The notes beneath the pieces were generated by a model. That model searched no databases. It worked only from the letters and a program-made list of their open reading frames with translations, and was not told the DNA's origin. Made by a program: the position numbers and the translations under genes. Source: Porticoccaceae bacterium (GTDB taxonomy: Bacteria; Pseudomonadota; Gammaproteobacteria; Pseudomonadales; Porticoccaceae). Taken from it: a DNA stretch of 64,000 bases. The stretch spans positions 547 through 64,546 of the forward strand of contig JBFXIU010000001.1 in NCBI GenBank assembly GCA_050175615.1. Direction: 5' to 3'. Below, one piece after another: positions 22,256 through 30,317 of this stretch; positions within the stretch are counted from its first letter, which is position 1; every line of letters starts with the position of its first letter.

Positions 22256-23071
22256 CTACCAAGCGGCGGGATCAAGGCCGTAAAATTGTTGAAACTGCCG
22301 GTAGAGTTGCGGCAGTTTTTCCTTCATTTGTTGTGGCTTTTCAAAAAAACTTTCGGTACACACGGCAAAAAATTCGGCGGCGGAGACTGCGCCGTATTCA
22401 TCGATGACCTGGTTTTCCCCGTGCGCCACTCTGTTTTTGAAAGCGTCGTATTCTCTGCTGAGAACCTCCGCCCATTGCTGGTAGCTCTCTCTGTCGCGCA
22501 GCACAGGCAAACCGTCCATGGCGACATTTTCTTCATCGAGCTTGTGGGCAAATTCGTGTAAAACCACATTGTGGCCGTCTTCCTCGCCGGACGCGCCGCG
22601 CATTACATCCGCCCAGGACAGCACCACAGGGCCTCGATGCCAGGACTCACCGGCGCGGGCGCTTTGGTGGTGAGTTTCCACCAGGCCGTCGTAGTGAATA
22701 TCGGCGGCCATATAGGTATCCGGGTAAACCAGAATGGTCTGAAAGCCGGGAAAATAGTGTTTTTCCCGGTTCAAAATCAGCAGGCAGGCGTTGGCGGCAA
22801 TAATCAAGCGCACCTCGTCGTTGATGACAAAACCGTCGCAACCGACAAAGGCTTTGTCATCGAGAAAATAGAAAATCAGCCCCTGGAGTTTTTTCTGTAG
22901 ATGCCGGGGTAAACGATTGTAGAGGGGAACATGGTCGCGGAGAATCTGGATATGCTGCGGCGACAGTTGCGATGCCAGCAATTTTCGCCGTTTTATTTTT
23001 TGATTGTAGATATAGCCTGCCCAGGCGATAACGGCAACAGCAAGCAGGGCGAAAAGAATTTCTGTCGTCAT
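22256..23071 (-). CDS. mtfA: MtfA-like zinc-dependent peptidase (M90 family) with N-terminal TM anchor
   Basis: HEFAHKLDEE metalloprotease motif and W..VL..EY, EFFAVCTESFFE typical of MtfA. The start was taken at MTTEILFALLAV (23071); the ORF extends to 23188. Confidence 0.8.
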   Translation of the reverse strand: MTTEILFALLAVAVIAWAGYIYNQKIKRRKLLASQLSPQHIQILRDHVPLYNRLPRHLQKKLQGLIFYFLDDKAFVGCDGFVINDEVRLIIAANACLLILNREKHYFPGFQTILVYPDTYMAADIHYDGLVETHHQSARAGESWHRGPVVLSWADVMRGASGEEDGHNVVLHEFAHKLDEENVAMDGLPVLRDRESYQQWAEVLSREYDAFKNRVAHGENQVIDEYGAVSAAEFFAVCTESFFEKPQQMKEKLPQLYRQFQQFYGLDPAAW

Positions 23072-23118
23072 TTGAGAGTCTTTTATTTTAATGCCATTGC
23101 AAAATGTGGTGGCGGATT

Positions 23119-23523
23119 TTACAGGCCGATAAATCGTGATTTGAACGATTCTTTCGGCATTATGCACTCTGCGCTCTTGCCAAACCACCTGTACCTGTTG
23201 CGCGCCACCAGGCGGTAAAAATAATCTCTGACAGCGGTGGGAATAATTTTAAAGATAACCAGCAAAGGCCAGAGTCCCGAGAGGTCTTTGGCAATTTCCA
23301 GGGCGGCATTGCTGGCGGTGAAAACGCGGTCATTTTTAATCAGAATAACGGTGGACATCTCGGGATCGTTAATCTGGTGTTGCTGCAATAAATTTTCGGC
23401 ATAGGTGGTTTGTCGGGGTGAAAAGGCAAATTTTCCCTTGGGGTCGCGCGGGATAATGAAGTTTACCCAGGCGTTGCAGAAGTTGCAGACGCCGTCAAAA
23501 ATAATCAACTGTTTATCGCTCAT
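23119..23523 (-). CDS. Thiol-disulfide oxidoreductase DCC family protein (DUF393)
   Basis: The N-terminus IIFDGVCNFCNAWVNFI carries the DxxCxxC motif of the DCC family. Confidence 0.8.
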   Translation of the reverse strand: MSDKQLIIFDGVCNFCNAWVNFIIPRDPKGKFAFSPRQTTYAENLLQQHQINDPEMSTVILIKNDRVFTASNAALEIAKDLSGLWPLLVIFKIIPTAVRDYFYRLVARNRYRWFGKSAECIMPKESFKSRFIGL

Positions 23524-23770
23524 TGTAAATCTGACTGGCGGGCAAATGGGTGTTTTCTTGACAGAGAAACTGGAACATGGGTGATCTCGCCTTTTGATAT
23601 TGGGGCTTTCAAATTAGGGCAAACCGCAAAACCTGCCCCCTGGGTTCTCAGCAGTTTGTTAGCGCTTGGACTCTGCGTCAACAGGGGACTGGAACCACTC
23701 GTAGAGTTTATCAAAGGGCGCATCAACTGTAGCGGAGCCGGAGGCGCAACGAAAAAGGGGGGAGCGCTGC

Positions 23771-23818
23771 TTGGCTTTGTTAGGGCATCGCTGTATATTT
23801 GTACGGCATTTCCGTACA
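23771..23818 (+). promoter_or_regulatory. Candidate sigma70 promoter plus palindromic operator of yefM-yoeB
   Basis: TTGGCT (23771-23776), a 17-nt spacer, then TATATT (23794-23799). This is immediately followed by the palindrome TGTACGG-cattt-CCGTACA (23800-23818). E. coli YefM-YoeB operators have a TGTACA core. Confidence 0.55.
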
Positions 23819-23831
23819 TAAAGGTGATTCT

Positions 23832-24104
23832 ATGGACACGATCAGCGTAAACAAATTTAGAGACAACCTGAAAAGTCTTGTAGAACAAGTGGTTAGTCGG
23901 CACGAGCCGCTCAAGGTAACCCGGCGGGCGGGCGAGGCCTTTGTGGTTATGAGCGCCGATGACTGGGAGCGGGAGCAAGAAACCCTTCATGTGCTCCAAA
24001 GCAAAAACCTCATGCAGCAAATTGCCGATTCACTTGCTACTCATACCCGTGGACAGGGCTACCAACCGACCGCCGAGCAGATCAATGAGATCACTGGTAT
24101 TTGA
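23832..24104 (+). CDS. yefM: Phd/YefM-family antitoxin
   Basis: MDTISVNKFRDNLKSLVEQVVSRHEPLKVTRR...FVVMSADDWEREQETLHVL is canonical YefM. Confidence 0.9.
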   Translation: MDTISVNKFRDNLKSLVEQVVSRHEPLKVTRRAGEAFVVMSADDWEREQETLHVLQSKNLMQQIADSLATHTRGQGYQPTAEQINEITGI

Positions 24105-24357
24105 AGGTAATACCTGGGAAGCGCATGAGACTATGCGCGAAAAGGACAAACGGCTCCACAAAGCCTTATGTAAATTGCTCAAAGAAATGCTCCGATCTGA
24201 TGATCCTTCAGCGGGGCTCGGGAAACCCGAGCCGCTCAAGCACAATCTTTCTGGCCTCTGGTCAAAACGGATTTCACAGAAAGACCGCTTGATATATCGC
24301 TTTGATGATAAATCCATTTATATCTTTGCTATTGGCGGACACTACGATCAGCCTTAA
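24085..24357 (+). CDS. yoeB: Txe/YoeB-family toxin (ribosome-dependent mRNA interferase)
   Basis: GLGKPEPLKHNLSGLWSKRISQKDRLIYRF...IFAIGGHY closely matches YoeB. The ATG at 24085 overlaps the yefM 3' end by 20 nt. Confidence 0.9.
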   Translation: MRSLVFEGNTWEAHETMREKDKRLHKALCKLLKEMLRSDDPSAGLGKPEPLKHNLSGLWSKRISQKDRLIYRFDDKSIYIFAIGGHYDQP

Positions 24358-24431
24358 CGCCAGCAACATGGCGACCCCTTGGGGTTGTTAGGGGCTTGGG
24401 CATGCAAGCCCCCTGACTCGCCGTTAAGGCG
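24351..24431. repeat. Nested inverted-repeat element abutting the yoeB stop
   Basis: Outer arms GCCTTAACG (24351-24359) and CGTTAAGGC (24422-24430). Inner hairpins ACCCCttGGGGT (24374-24385) and AGGGGCTTG-ggcatg-CAAGCCCC(C)T (24390-24414). Confidence 0.7.
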
Positions 24432-24942
24432 AAACAGCAAACTATCCGCAACCCGGATTTCGCAATAGTGAACATTCTCGGTGTTGTTTTTGAGTTTCGG
24501 TTTCGCCCTCCTGGGCGAGTGACTTATTTTTGCATGCCCAAAAATAAGTAACCAACAAAAAGGGCACCCCGCTCCGGCTCCCTGCGGGTTCCCTGCGATG
24601 CTCGCCAAATGGCGGCGCTGCGGAACTCGTCGCTACGCTCCTCAGACAGTCCTCGCTTAATCCGCCATTTAGCTGCGCTTCTCGGTGCCTTCGAAGGGGA
24701 ATTCAAGACATGCGAGATTCGGAAAATATCGCTTTAAAAATTTAATACTTTTAAGGCCCAAAACTGGCTCTGAACTTCGTCCCCTTCGCATCGGCGAGCA
24801 ACGGAGAAAAATAACGGATAAGAGCGAGGACTATTTTGATTTAAACGAATTAAGAATCAGGCCTTGTGCTCTGGCTTGGTGTACCGAAGAGCCAGAATTG
24901 GTTGGTCGTTGGCTTGGGCAAAAGACAAGACCTGATGTTAGC

Positions 24943-25344
24943 TCAATCTGGCAGCCCCTCGAACCCTGGCACTTCCCCTAACTCCCCGTCCCAAACAGCT
25001 TTGCTGGATAAAAAAATGTGCGCTGTTGGCGCCATAGATATTTCAGTGTCCAAGCACCCGGCGGGAACGCCGAGCAAGCCTGGGATCTGAGTATTTGGCA
25101 ATGCTGAGCCACACAGCTTACAAAAGCTTTTGTTATGACGAGTCCCTGGAAGCGTAAAGGAAGTCACAGCACCTGCACCCGACCGCCAGACTAATTTAGC
25201 TGTCTGTGAAAATAGGTTTGCCGCATGAGCCGAACCCGTATCTTTTTGGCAATACTGACAATGACACAGGTAAAAACTATCGAAGTCGCCTTTTACCTCA
25301 AAGCTCACAGTGCCACACAGACAAGAACCGAAATGATCAGTCAT
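24943..25344 (-). CDS. GFA-family protein (glutathione-dependent formaldehyde-activating / CENP-V-like Zn-Cys domain)
   Basis: GSCLCGTVSFEV...LCHCQYCQK...FCKLCGS is the GFA cysteine pattern. The ATG at 25344 is preceded by the SD GGAGGG. The upstream part of the ORF (to 25629) is AT-rich and non-homologous. Confidence 0.8.
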   Translation of the reverse strand: MTDHFGSCLCGTVSFEVKGDFDSFYLCHCQYCQKDTGSAHAANLFSQTAKLVWRSGAGAVTSFTLPGTRHNKSFCKLCGSALPNTQIPGLLGVPAGCLDTEISMAPTAHIFLSSKAVWDGELGEVPGFEGLPD

Positions 25345-25638
25345 CAGAATCCCTCCCATGGCCTCTGGATGAAATACACATAACGCCGCAATCACGCGCT
25401 TGTTCATCCGTGTCGTCGTCGCCATTACTTGAATCCATTCGAGACTATATGTTGGTTCGCCGTTATTGCCCAAAACAATAAAGTCATATTTGTAATGGAT
25501 CAAGTTCTTTATTTGTTTTAACAAAAACGCCGTCCCGGTCTGGAATTGCGAACATCCATGATTGCTGATGTGCTGCAATATGCAGTTTTTGCTCTTGGCT
25601 GAGGGCATCCCGGCGACAATAAATTTCACGGCAGGGGT

Positions 25639-27684
25639 TTATTTTGAGTCGTCAAAAGAATAGCTGACCGCAACAACCAGGGCGTGGGCGTCGTAGTTTG
25701 GCGAGCGCCAGCCAAACCCGAGAGTGTTAAACATATCCTCGCCCCAGGCAAAGTCGCTGCTGGTTACCCGCTCGTAAACATAGCGGATCTTAAATTGAGT
25801 GCGCGGGTTATAGCGCCAGTCGGCATGGGCTTCCAGGCGCTGGGTGGTGGCGCCCCAGCCCGGCAGCCGATCCTCGCTGCCCGCAGGTTCGCCTGTATCT
25901 GCATCCTCAAGCCAGGTGCTGCGGTAACTGCTGTCGTTATCGCTGTAAGTGTAAGCAAGTCTTGTGGTGATGGTGGCGGAAATCTGCCAGTGGGCGTTAA
26001 TGCCGAGGCTGGCAAAATCATCGTCAAACTCTTGCTGCCAGCGGGCGTTGGCATGGCTGGGCGCGGCGGTGGGATTGTATTCGAATCCCTCTTGAGGTTC
26101 CTGCAAATCCTGGTAGAGAGCGAAAATATTAACGGACAGATCTTTGCTCGCCTGCCAGGCCATTGTCAGACTCACCAGGTTGCTGTCGCGGCTGCGCAGG
26201 CCGTAGTAGTCATTGTTGAAATTGTCCTCGCGGCGCTCGTAGCTGGCCATCACCAGGAGGTTGTCGCTGACAGGAATATCGCCTTTTACACCGTATTTCC
26301 AGGTGCGCCCGGGAAGCAGGTATTCCGGCAGTGCCTGGGAGGGCGCGATCGGGGACAGGGCGGCAAGCCGCTGCGCGGAGAGTTTCACATCCCGATCGCT
26401 GGTTTCGATGTTGACAGACCAGTTGAGGCGGCTGATCACCGGCATGCGCAGCTCCGCCCAAAAACGCTGTTCATCGCTGTCGTCGGTAAATTGGCTGCGG
26501 CTGACAGTGGTTCGTTCGGTGTTGGTAAATTCCATCCCGCCTTTAAGGCGCAGGCTGGCGGGCAGGCGATAGCTGGCGCTGGCATTGAGATGTTTGCGAA
26601 CGCTGTCGTAGAGGTGATTGTAGGAAGTCGGCGAAAGCTGTATCACCTGGGTGCGATTGTCGCGCTCACGAAACTCCCCTTTGATGTTATAGCTGAGTTT
26701 GGCAGTGGGGCGGGCGGCAAAGCCCAGCCTCAGGGTGGTGTCTACCCGGCGGGCATCAAGGGAATCCAATAGCGGCTGACCCGCCACCATGATCGGTTGT
26801 AAAAAATCCTCTGTTTGGCGGCCATCGCCGTGGGCGAGGTACCAGGATAGTTGGCTCAAAGGGGTTGTCTGGTAGTGACCGTCGACGCTGAAACGGCGAA
26901 ATTCATTGTCCGGCGCCATATCCAGGGTGCGCAGCGGGGCGTTGAGGTTGATGGGGTTGGCGAAGGTCAATTCGCGCTGGTCATTGTAAAAACGGGACAG
27001 GTAGTAACGGCTGTTGAGCGCCCAGCCTTCGCCGACGTAGGCGATGCCGGTATCGACACTGTCGTGGCGGTAATCGATGGGCGCCAACAGGAGCGTGGCA
27101 TCGCCAAAGCGCTCGCTGGCGCCGGTCAGCCTTGTGCCTTCCTTGCGCTCCGTGTTGGCGGTGGCGCTGAACTGCCAGCGTTGCACCTCTTTTGCCAAGG
27201 CTGCGGCAAACAACTCTCTTTTGACGCCGATCTCGACAGGATAGCGTTCGGCATTGCTGAGGCCTGTGTAATTGCCGGGCAGCTGCTGGGTTTCGCCCTG
27301 GCTGGCGTAGACGCTGGAAACATCCGCATGGGAGATAGATTCAAACTGGCGGTAGTCGAGACCGATGCGGTAGTTGCCCTGGCGCGCCAAATTGATGCTG
27401 GCGCCCAGTTGATCGACGCCGGAATAAAGGCGGAAATCACCGTGGCGAAAGCGGTCTTCAGTGTCCCGCCAGGACAGCTCCAGGGCGCCGAGCCCGACAA
27501 TCTGCTCATCCTGAAGTTGTCTGGCGTACTGGCCGAAATAACCGTTGCCGTTATGAACGGCGCCGATGCCCAGTTCCACTGATCCCGACAGGTCAATACT
27601 GCCTGGAGCTGTGCTTTCCGCCATGGTGGGGAAAGCGAAAACCATTAGGGGCATGACGAAGGTTAGCAGTCCTGGCAACCTCAT
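25639..27684 (-). CDS. MtrB/PioB-family decaheme-associated outer membrane beta-barrel porin
   Basis: Signal peptide MRLPGLLTFVMPLMVFAFPTMA. It is 681 aa with alternating beta-strand patterning rich in Y/R/D/N/S and a terminal aromatic-rich strand (VSYSF). It starts 9 nt downstream of the decaheme cytochrome gene. Confidence 0.8.
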   Translation of the reverse strand: MRLPGLLTFVMPLMVFAFPTMAESTAPGSIDLSGSVELGIGAVHNGNGYFGQYARQLQDEQIVGLGALELSWRDTEDRFRHGDFRLYSGVDQLGASINLARQGNYRIGLDYRQFESISHADVSSVYASQGETQQLPGNYTGLSNAERYPVEIGVKRELFAAALAKEVQRWQFSATANTERKEGTRLTGASERFGDATLLLAPIDYRHDSVDTGIAYVGEGWALNSRYYLSRFYNDQRELTFANPINLNAPLRTLDMAPDNEFRRFSVDGHYQTTPLSQLSWYLAHGDGRQTEDFLQPIMVAGQPLLDSLDARRVDTTLRLGFAARPTAKLSYNIKGEFRERDNRTQVIQLSPTSYNHLYDSVRKHLNASASYRLPASLRLKGGMEFTNTERTTVSRSQFTDDSDEQRFWAELRMPVISRLNWSVNIETSDRDVKLSAQRLAALSPIAPSQALPEYLLPGRTWKYGVKGDIPVSDNLLVMASYERREDNFNNDYYGLRSRDSNLVSLTMAWQASKDLSVNIFALYQDLQEPQEGFEYNPTAAPSHANARWQQEFDDDFASLGINAHWQISATITTRLAYTYSDNDSSYRSTWLEDADTGEPAGSEDRLPGWGATTQRLEAHADWRYNPRTQFKIRYVYERVTSSDFAWGEDMFNTLGFGWRSPNYDAHALVVAVSYSFDDSK

Positions 27685-27693
27685 AGCTGTCTC

Positions 27694-28629
27694 CTAGCGC
27701 CTGAAGGTGGAGCTGGCGGGGTGGTTGCCACCGTGAACCTGGCTGTGGCAGTTGGTACAGGACTGGCCGACGATATTAATGTCCCTGTTGCCCAGGCGGC
27801 CGGAGTCGTAAAGCGTACCCGGGTGGCGGGAGGCAATATGGCATTGCTGGCATAAAAAGGGTTGCTTTGCCTTGAGCAGGCTGTCGTGGACGGAGGCGTG
27901 GGGCAGGTGGCAGTGGCTGCAGTCGTCCTGCACCGGCTCGTGCTCAAAGAGAAAAGGCCCGCGTTTTTCGGCGTGGCACTGGTAACAGGTATCGTTAAGG
28001 GTCGCCTGGGTAAAATTGCTCATGGCGCTGCCGCCGTGGGGAGCGTGGCAATCCGTACACTGGACATGGCCTTCTGCCAGGGGATGGCGGGAAAACTGCA
28101 TCTGCCCGGCGCGCTCGCGCTGGTGGCAGCTGGTACATGCCTGGAATTGGCCGTCCCTGGTTTGAATCTGATCCTCTGCTGTGTGAATGCTGTGGCAGCT
28201 ATGGCAGCCGATTTCCGCCTGGCTGTGGTCGCTGAAAGCCCAGTGATTCATGGCGCTGTTGTGGCAGCTCAGGCAACTGGCATCGCCGGCAGCCAGGTTG
28301 TCGCCCTCTTTGGCGAAGCTGTGCTCCGGTTTGACGCCGGGATTGCGGGCATGCTCGGCGCTGTTGCCGTGGCAGGAGGTGCAGCTTACCGTGCCCTGTT
28401 TGCCTTCGGGGTCGGCGCCCAGGCCGTGGGCGCGGTGGGCAATGCCGCCCTGGGCGTCCTTGGCGTGACAGAAGTGGCAGCTGGCGTCGTCGGCGAAGGC
28501 TGGCGTTGAAAACAGCGCTGAACAAGCCCAAAACAGCAGGGCAATCATAACCACCAGGGGAACCCCAACAGCGGGGTTTAGCGTCGGCATGGTCGTGGCT
28601 GTCAGGCGCTTTTTTTCGCGGGTTATCAT
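27694..28629 (-). CDS. MtrA/DmsE/PioA-family periplasmic decaheme c-type cytochrome
   Basis: There are ten CXXCH motifs: CHFCH, CTSCH, CLSCH, CHSCH, CTSCH, CTDCH, CYQCH, CSHCH, CQQCH, CTNCH. Signal peptide ...ALLFWACSALFSTPAFA. The ATG at 28629 has the SD AAGGA. The ORF frame extends to 28758. Confidence 0.88.
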   Translation of the reverse strand: MITREKKRLTATTMPTLNPAVGVPLVVMIALLFWACSALFSTPAFADDASCHFCHAKDAQGGIAHRAHGLGADPEGKQGTVSCTSCHGNSAEHARNPGVKPEHSFAKEGDNLAAGDASCLSCHNSAMNHWAFSDHSQAEIGCHSCHSIHTAEDQIQTRDGQFQACTSCHQRERAGQMQFSRHPLAEGHVQCTDCHAPHGGSAMSNFTQATLNDTCYQCHAEKRGPFLFEHEPVQDDCSHCHLPHASVHDSLLKAKQPFLCQQCHIASRHPGTLYDSGRLGNRDINIVGQSCTNCHSQVHGGNHPASSTFRR

Positions 28630-28643
28630 GGGGTTCCTTGGGT

Positions 28644-29003
28644 TTATTCGGCCAGTGACCCTACCAGATAAGCATCGAGCATTTCCCAGGCCATAGGGCT
28701 GTGATCGCGGCCATAGCCTTTGGTGCGCATGCCTTCGGTTGCTTCTTTGCCGCACCATGCCAGCAATATGGCTGGTGGCACCGGGTGCTTGGGCACATAG
28801 GTGGTGATGTCGAACACCTGGCCTTCCACGGCGATCCAGCAGTCCTGTTCACTGTTGTGGCTAGCGAGTTCCTCAAGGGTGATCGGCGTCGCACCAGCCA
28901 GGCTGGTGGAATCTGTGCCGTCGGTGGCAAGCACCTGCACGGCCACCAGGGTGGCAATACTTGCCCAAAAGGCGATAAAAGCGGAATAACAGAGCTTTTT
29001 CAT
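28644..29003 (-). CDS. Secreted or membrane-anchored cytochrome b5-like heme-binding protein
   Basis: An N-terminal hydrophobic signal (MKKLCYSAFIAFWASIATLVAVQVLA), then LEELASHNSEQDCWIAVEGQVFDITTYVPKHP...GRDHS. This is the cyt b5 fold with both candidate axial His residues (HP, DHS). Confidence 0.7.
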   Translation of the reverse strand: MKKLCYSAFIAFWASIATLVAVQVLATDGTDSTSLAGATPITLEELASHNSEQDCWIAVEGQVFDITTYVPKHPVPPAILLAWCGKEATEGMRTKGYGRDHSPMAWEMLDAYLVGSLAE

Positions 29004-30304
29004 AGCAGGTCAAATTCCTCGCTGTGGAGTTTGTTGTGGGGAGCGCCAGCGTCCAGAGCTAAATCCTGCGCTAGTGTGATCAGCGGTTTGGGGCCGCAGA
29101 TGTAAATTTGTCTCGCGATCATGTCAGGGCAGTGATAGCGGAGAAAATCCCCATTCAGGGGGCCGTGCTGATAATAATAGTGCAGGCTGAGGCTAAAGCC
29201 AGGAATAGCCTGCGCCAATCGCTCAAGTTCGTCGGCAAAGAGGGCGCGGGCTTCGTCCTGAACACAGTAAATCAGCTCAATATCGACCCTGACCCCGGCA
29301 TTCGCCAGATGGCGGGCGCGCCCCAGAAAGGGGGTAATGCCAATGCCGCCGGCAATCCAGAGTTCCTTGTCACTGGTATGGCGAGGAAAGAACGCGCCGT
29401 AGGGACCGCAGACCCTGACCTTGGCGCCGGAGGTTATCTGCTGCACGGCGCGGCTGGCATCGCCGAGATCCTTGATGGCAATGCGCAAATCCCTTTCCCT
29501 TGGTGAAGACGACAATGTATAGGGGTGCTCCTCGCCATAGCCCGCCGCTAAATTGCGCTCAAAATGGCTGAGATAGACAAACTGGCCTGGGTCGTAGGTG
29601 AGCGCCCTGCCGGTTGGTGACAAACTGAGCTCCACCACGTTGTTGGCCGGATGGTGGACAGCGCTGACCACATAGTCGTATTGGCTGGTGCGGCGGTCAA
29701 AAACCAGGCTGTAGGCAAGGCTGGCAAGGGCGGCAACAATCAGGCTCAGCCAGATAATACTGTCCCAGGGTTCGGCAATGGTGCGCGCCAGCCACAGGGT
29801 GTGAGCAATGGCAAGCACAGCGGCGACGCCGGAAAGGGAGTGGATTTTCTTCCATTTTTGGTAATCCGGTTGGCCGAAAAAGGCAAAGCTGGGCGCCAGA
29901 AAAATCATCATCAGTATCAGGCTGATCCAGCCCATCCAGATGGCCATTTCGCCTTTGGCCGGTAGTAGTACGGCAACGGCGCTGTTGAGGGACAGCTCGA
30001 CATTGGCCAGCGCCAGCAACAGGGGGTGGGCGAGCAGGAGCAGAAAAGACCAGGCGCCCAACAGGTGATGGGTTCGCCACAGGCTGGTGAGGCCGCCAAA
30101 CCAGCGGTCGAAACCGATAATGCGCACACAGCTGATGGCCGCCACTAAAAAAAGTCCGAGTCCAGCGATGCCCGCCAGCCTGCCGAGGGCATTGAGTGTG
30201 GTGGAAACGCTGGCGAAGGCGCCGGGGGGTAAAAACCACAGGGCAACGACAGTAGGCGTCAATGCCAGAAACCATAAAAGGAGATGTGCCCTGTACGTTG
30301 TCAT
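29000..30304 (-). CDS. NOX/FRE-type flavocytochrome b: ferric-reductase transmembrane domain fused to FAD- and NAD(P)H-binding domains
   Basis: Six predicted TM segments with two bis-His pairs (WRTHHLLGAWSFLLLLAHP and IHSLSGVAAVLAIAHT). FAD motif HPYTLSS and NAD(P)H motif WIAGGIGITPF. The ATGA overlap with the cyt b5 gene suggests translational coupling. Confidence 0.8.
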   Translation of the reverse strand: MTTYRAHLLLWFLALTPTVVALWFLPPGAFASVSTTLNALGRLAGIAGLGLFLVAAISCVRIIGFDRWFGGLTSLWRTHHLLGAWSFLLLLAHPLLLALANVELSLNSAVAVLLPAKGEMAIWMGWISLILMMIFLAPSFAFFGQPDYQKWKKIHSLSGVAAVLAIAHTLWLARTIAEPWDSIIWLSLIVAALASLAYSLVFDRRTSQYDYVVSAVHHPANNVVELSLSPTGRALTYDPGQFVYLSHFERNLAAGYGEEHPYTLSSSPRERDLRIAIKDLGDASRAVQQITSGAKVRVCGPYGAFFPRHTSDKELWIAGGIGITPFLGRARHLANAGVRVDIELIYCVQDEARALFADELERLAQAIPGFSLSLHYYYQHGPLNGDFLRYHCPDMIARQIYICGPKPLITLAQDLALDAGAPHNKLHSEEFDLL

Positions 30305-30317
30305 TGTTCTCCGACCC

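Noticed and set aside
23520-24020. A 166-aa minus-strand ORF spanning the DCC-yefM intergenic region and the yefM 5' half.
   Set aside because: It overlaps the well-supported yefM gene and its promoter and operator. It has no recognisable motif and no SD.
24351-24431. The element after yoeB could be an integron attC site (CTTAAC...GTTAAG ends, TA cassettes being common in chromosomal integrons), implying a cassette array or CALIN.
   Set aside because: No intI gene or attI is present in the window. The two arms are very unequal (about 25 nt against 5 nt between the outer and inner boxes). The end boxes deviate from RYYYAAC/GTTRRRY. The TA pair has its own promoter and operator. I did not find a matching site upstream of yefM. 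It is kept only as a generic nested inverted repeat.
25345-25629. The N-terminal 95-aa extension of the GFA ORF (the ORF is called from 25629).
   Set aside because: The extension is AT-rich, lacks similarity to the GFA fold, and contains an internal ATG (25344) with a strong GGAGGG SD right where the conserved domain begins.
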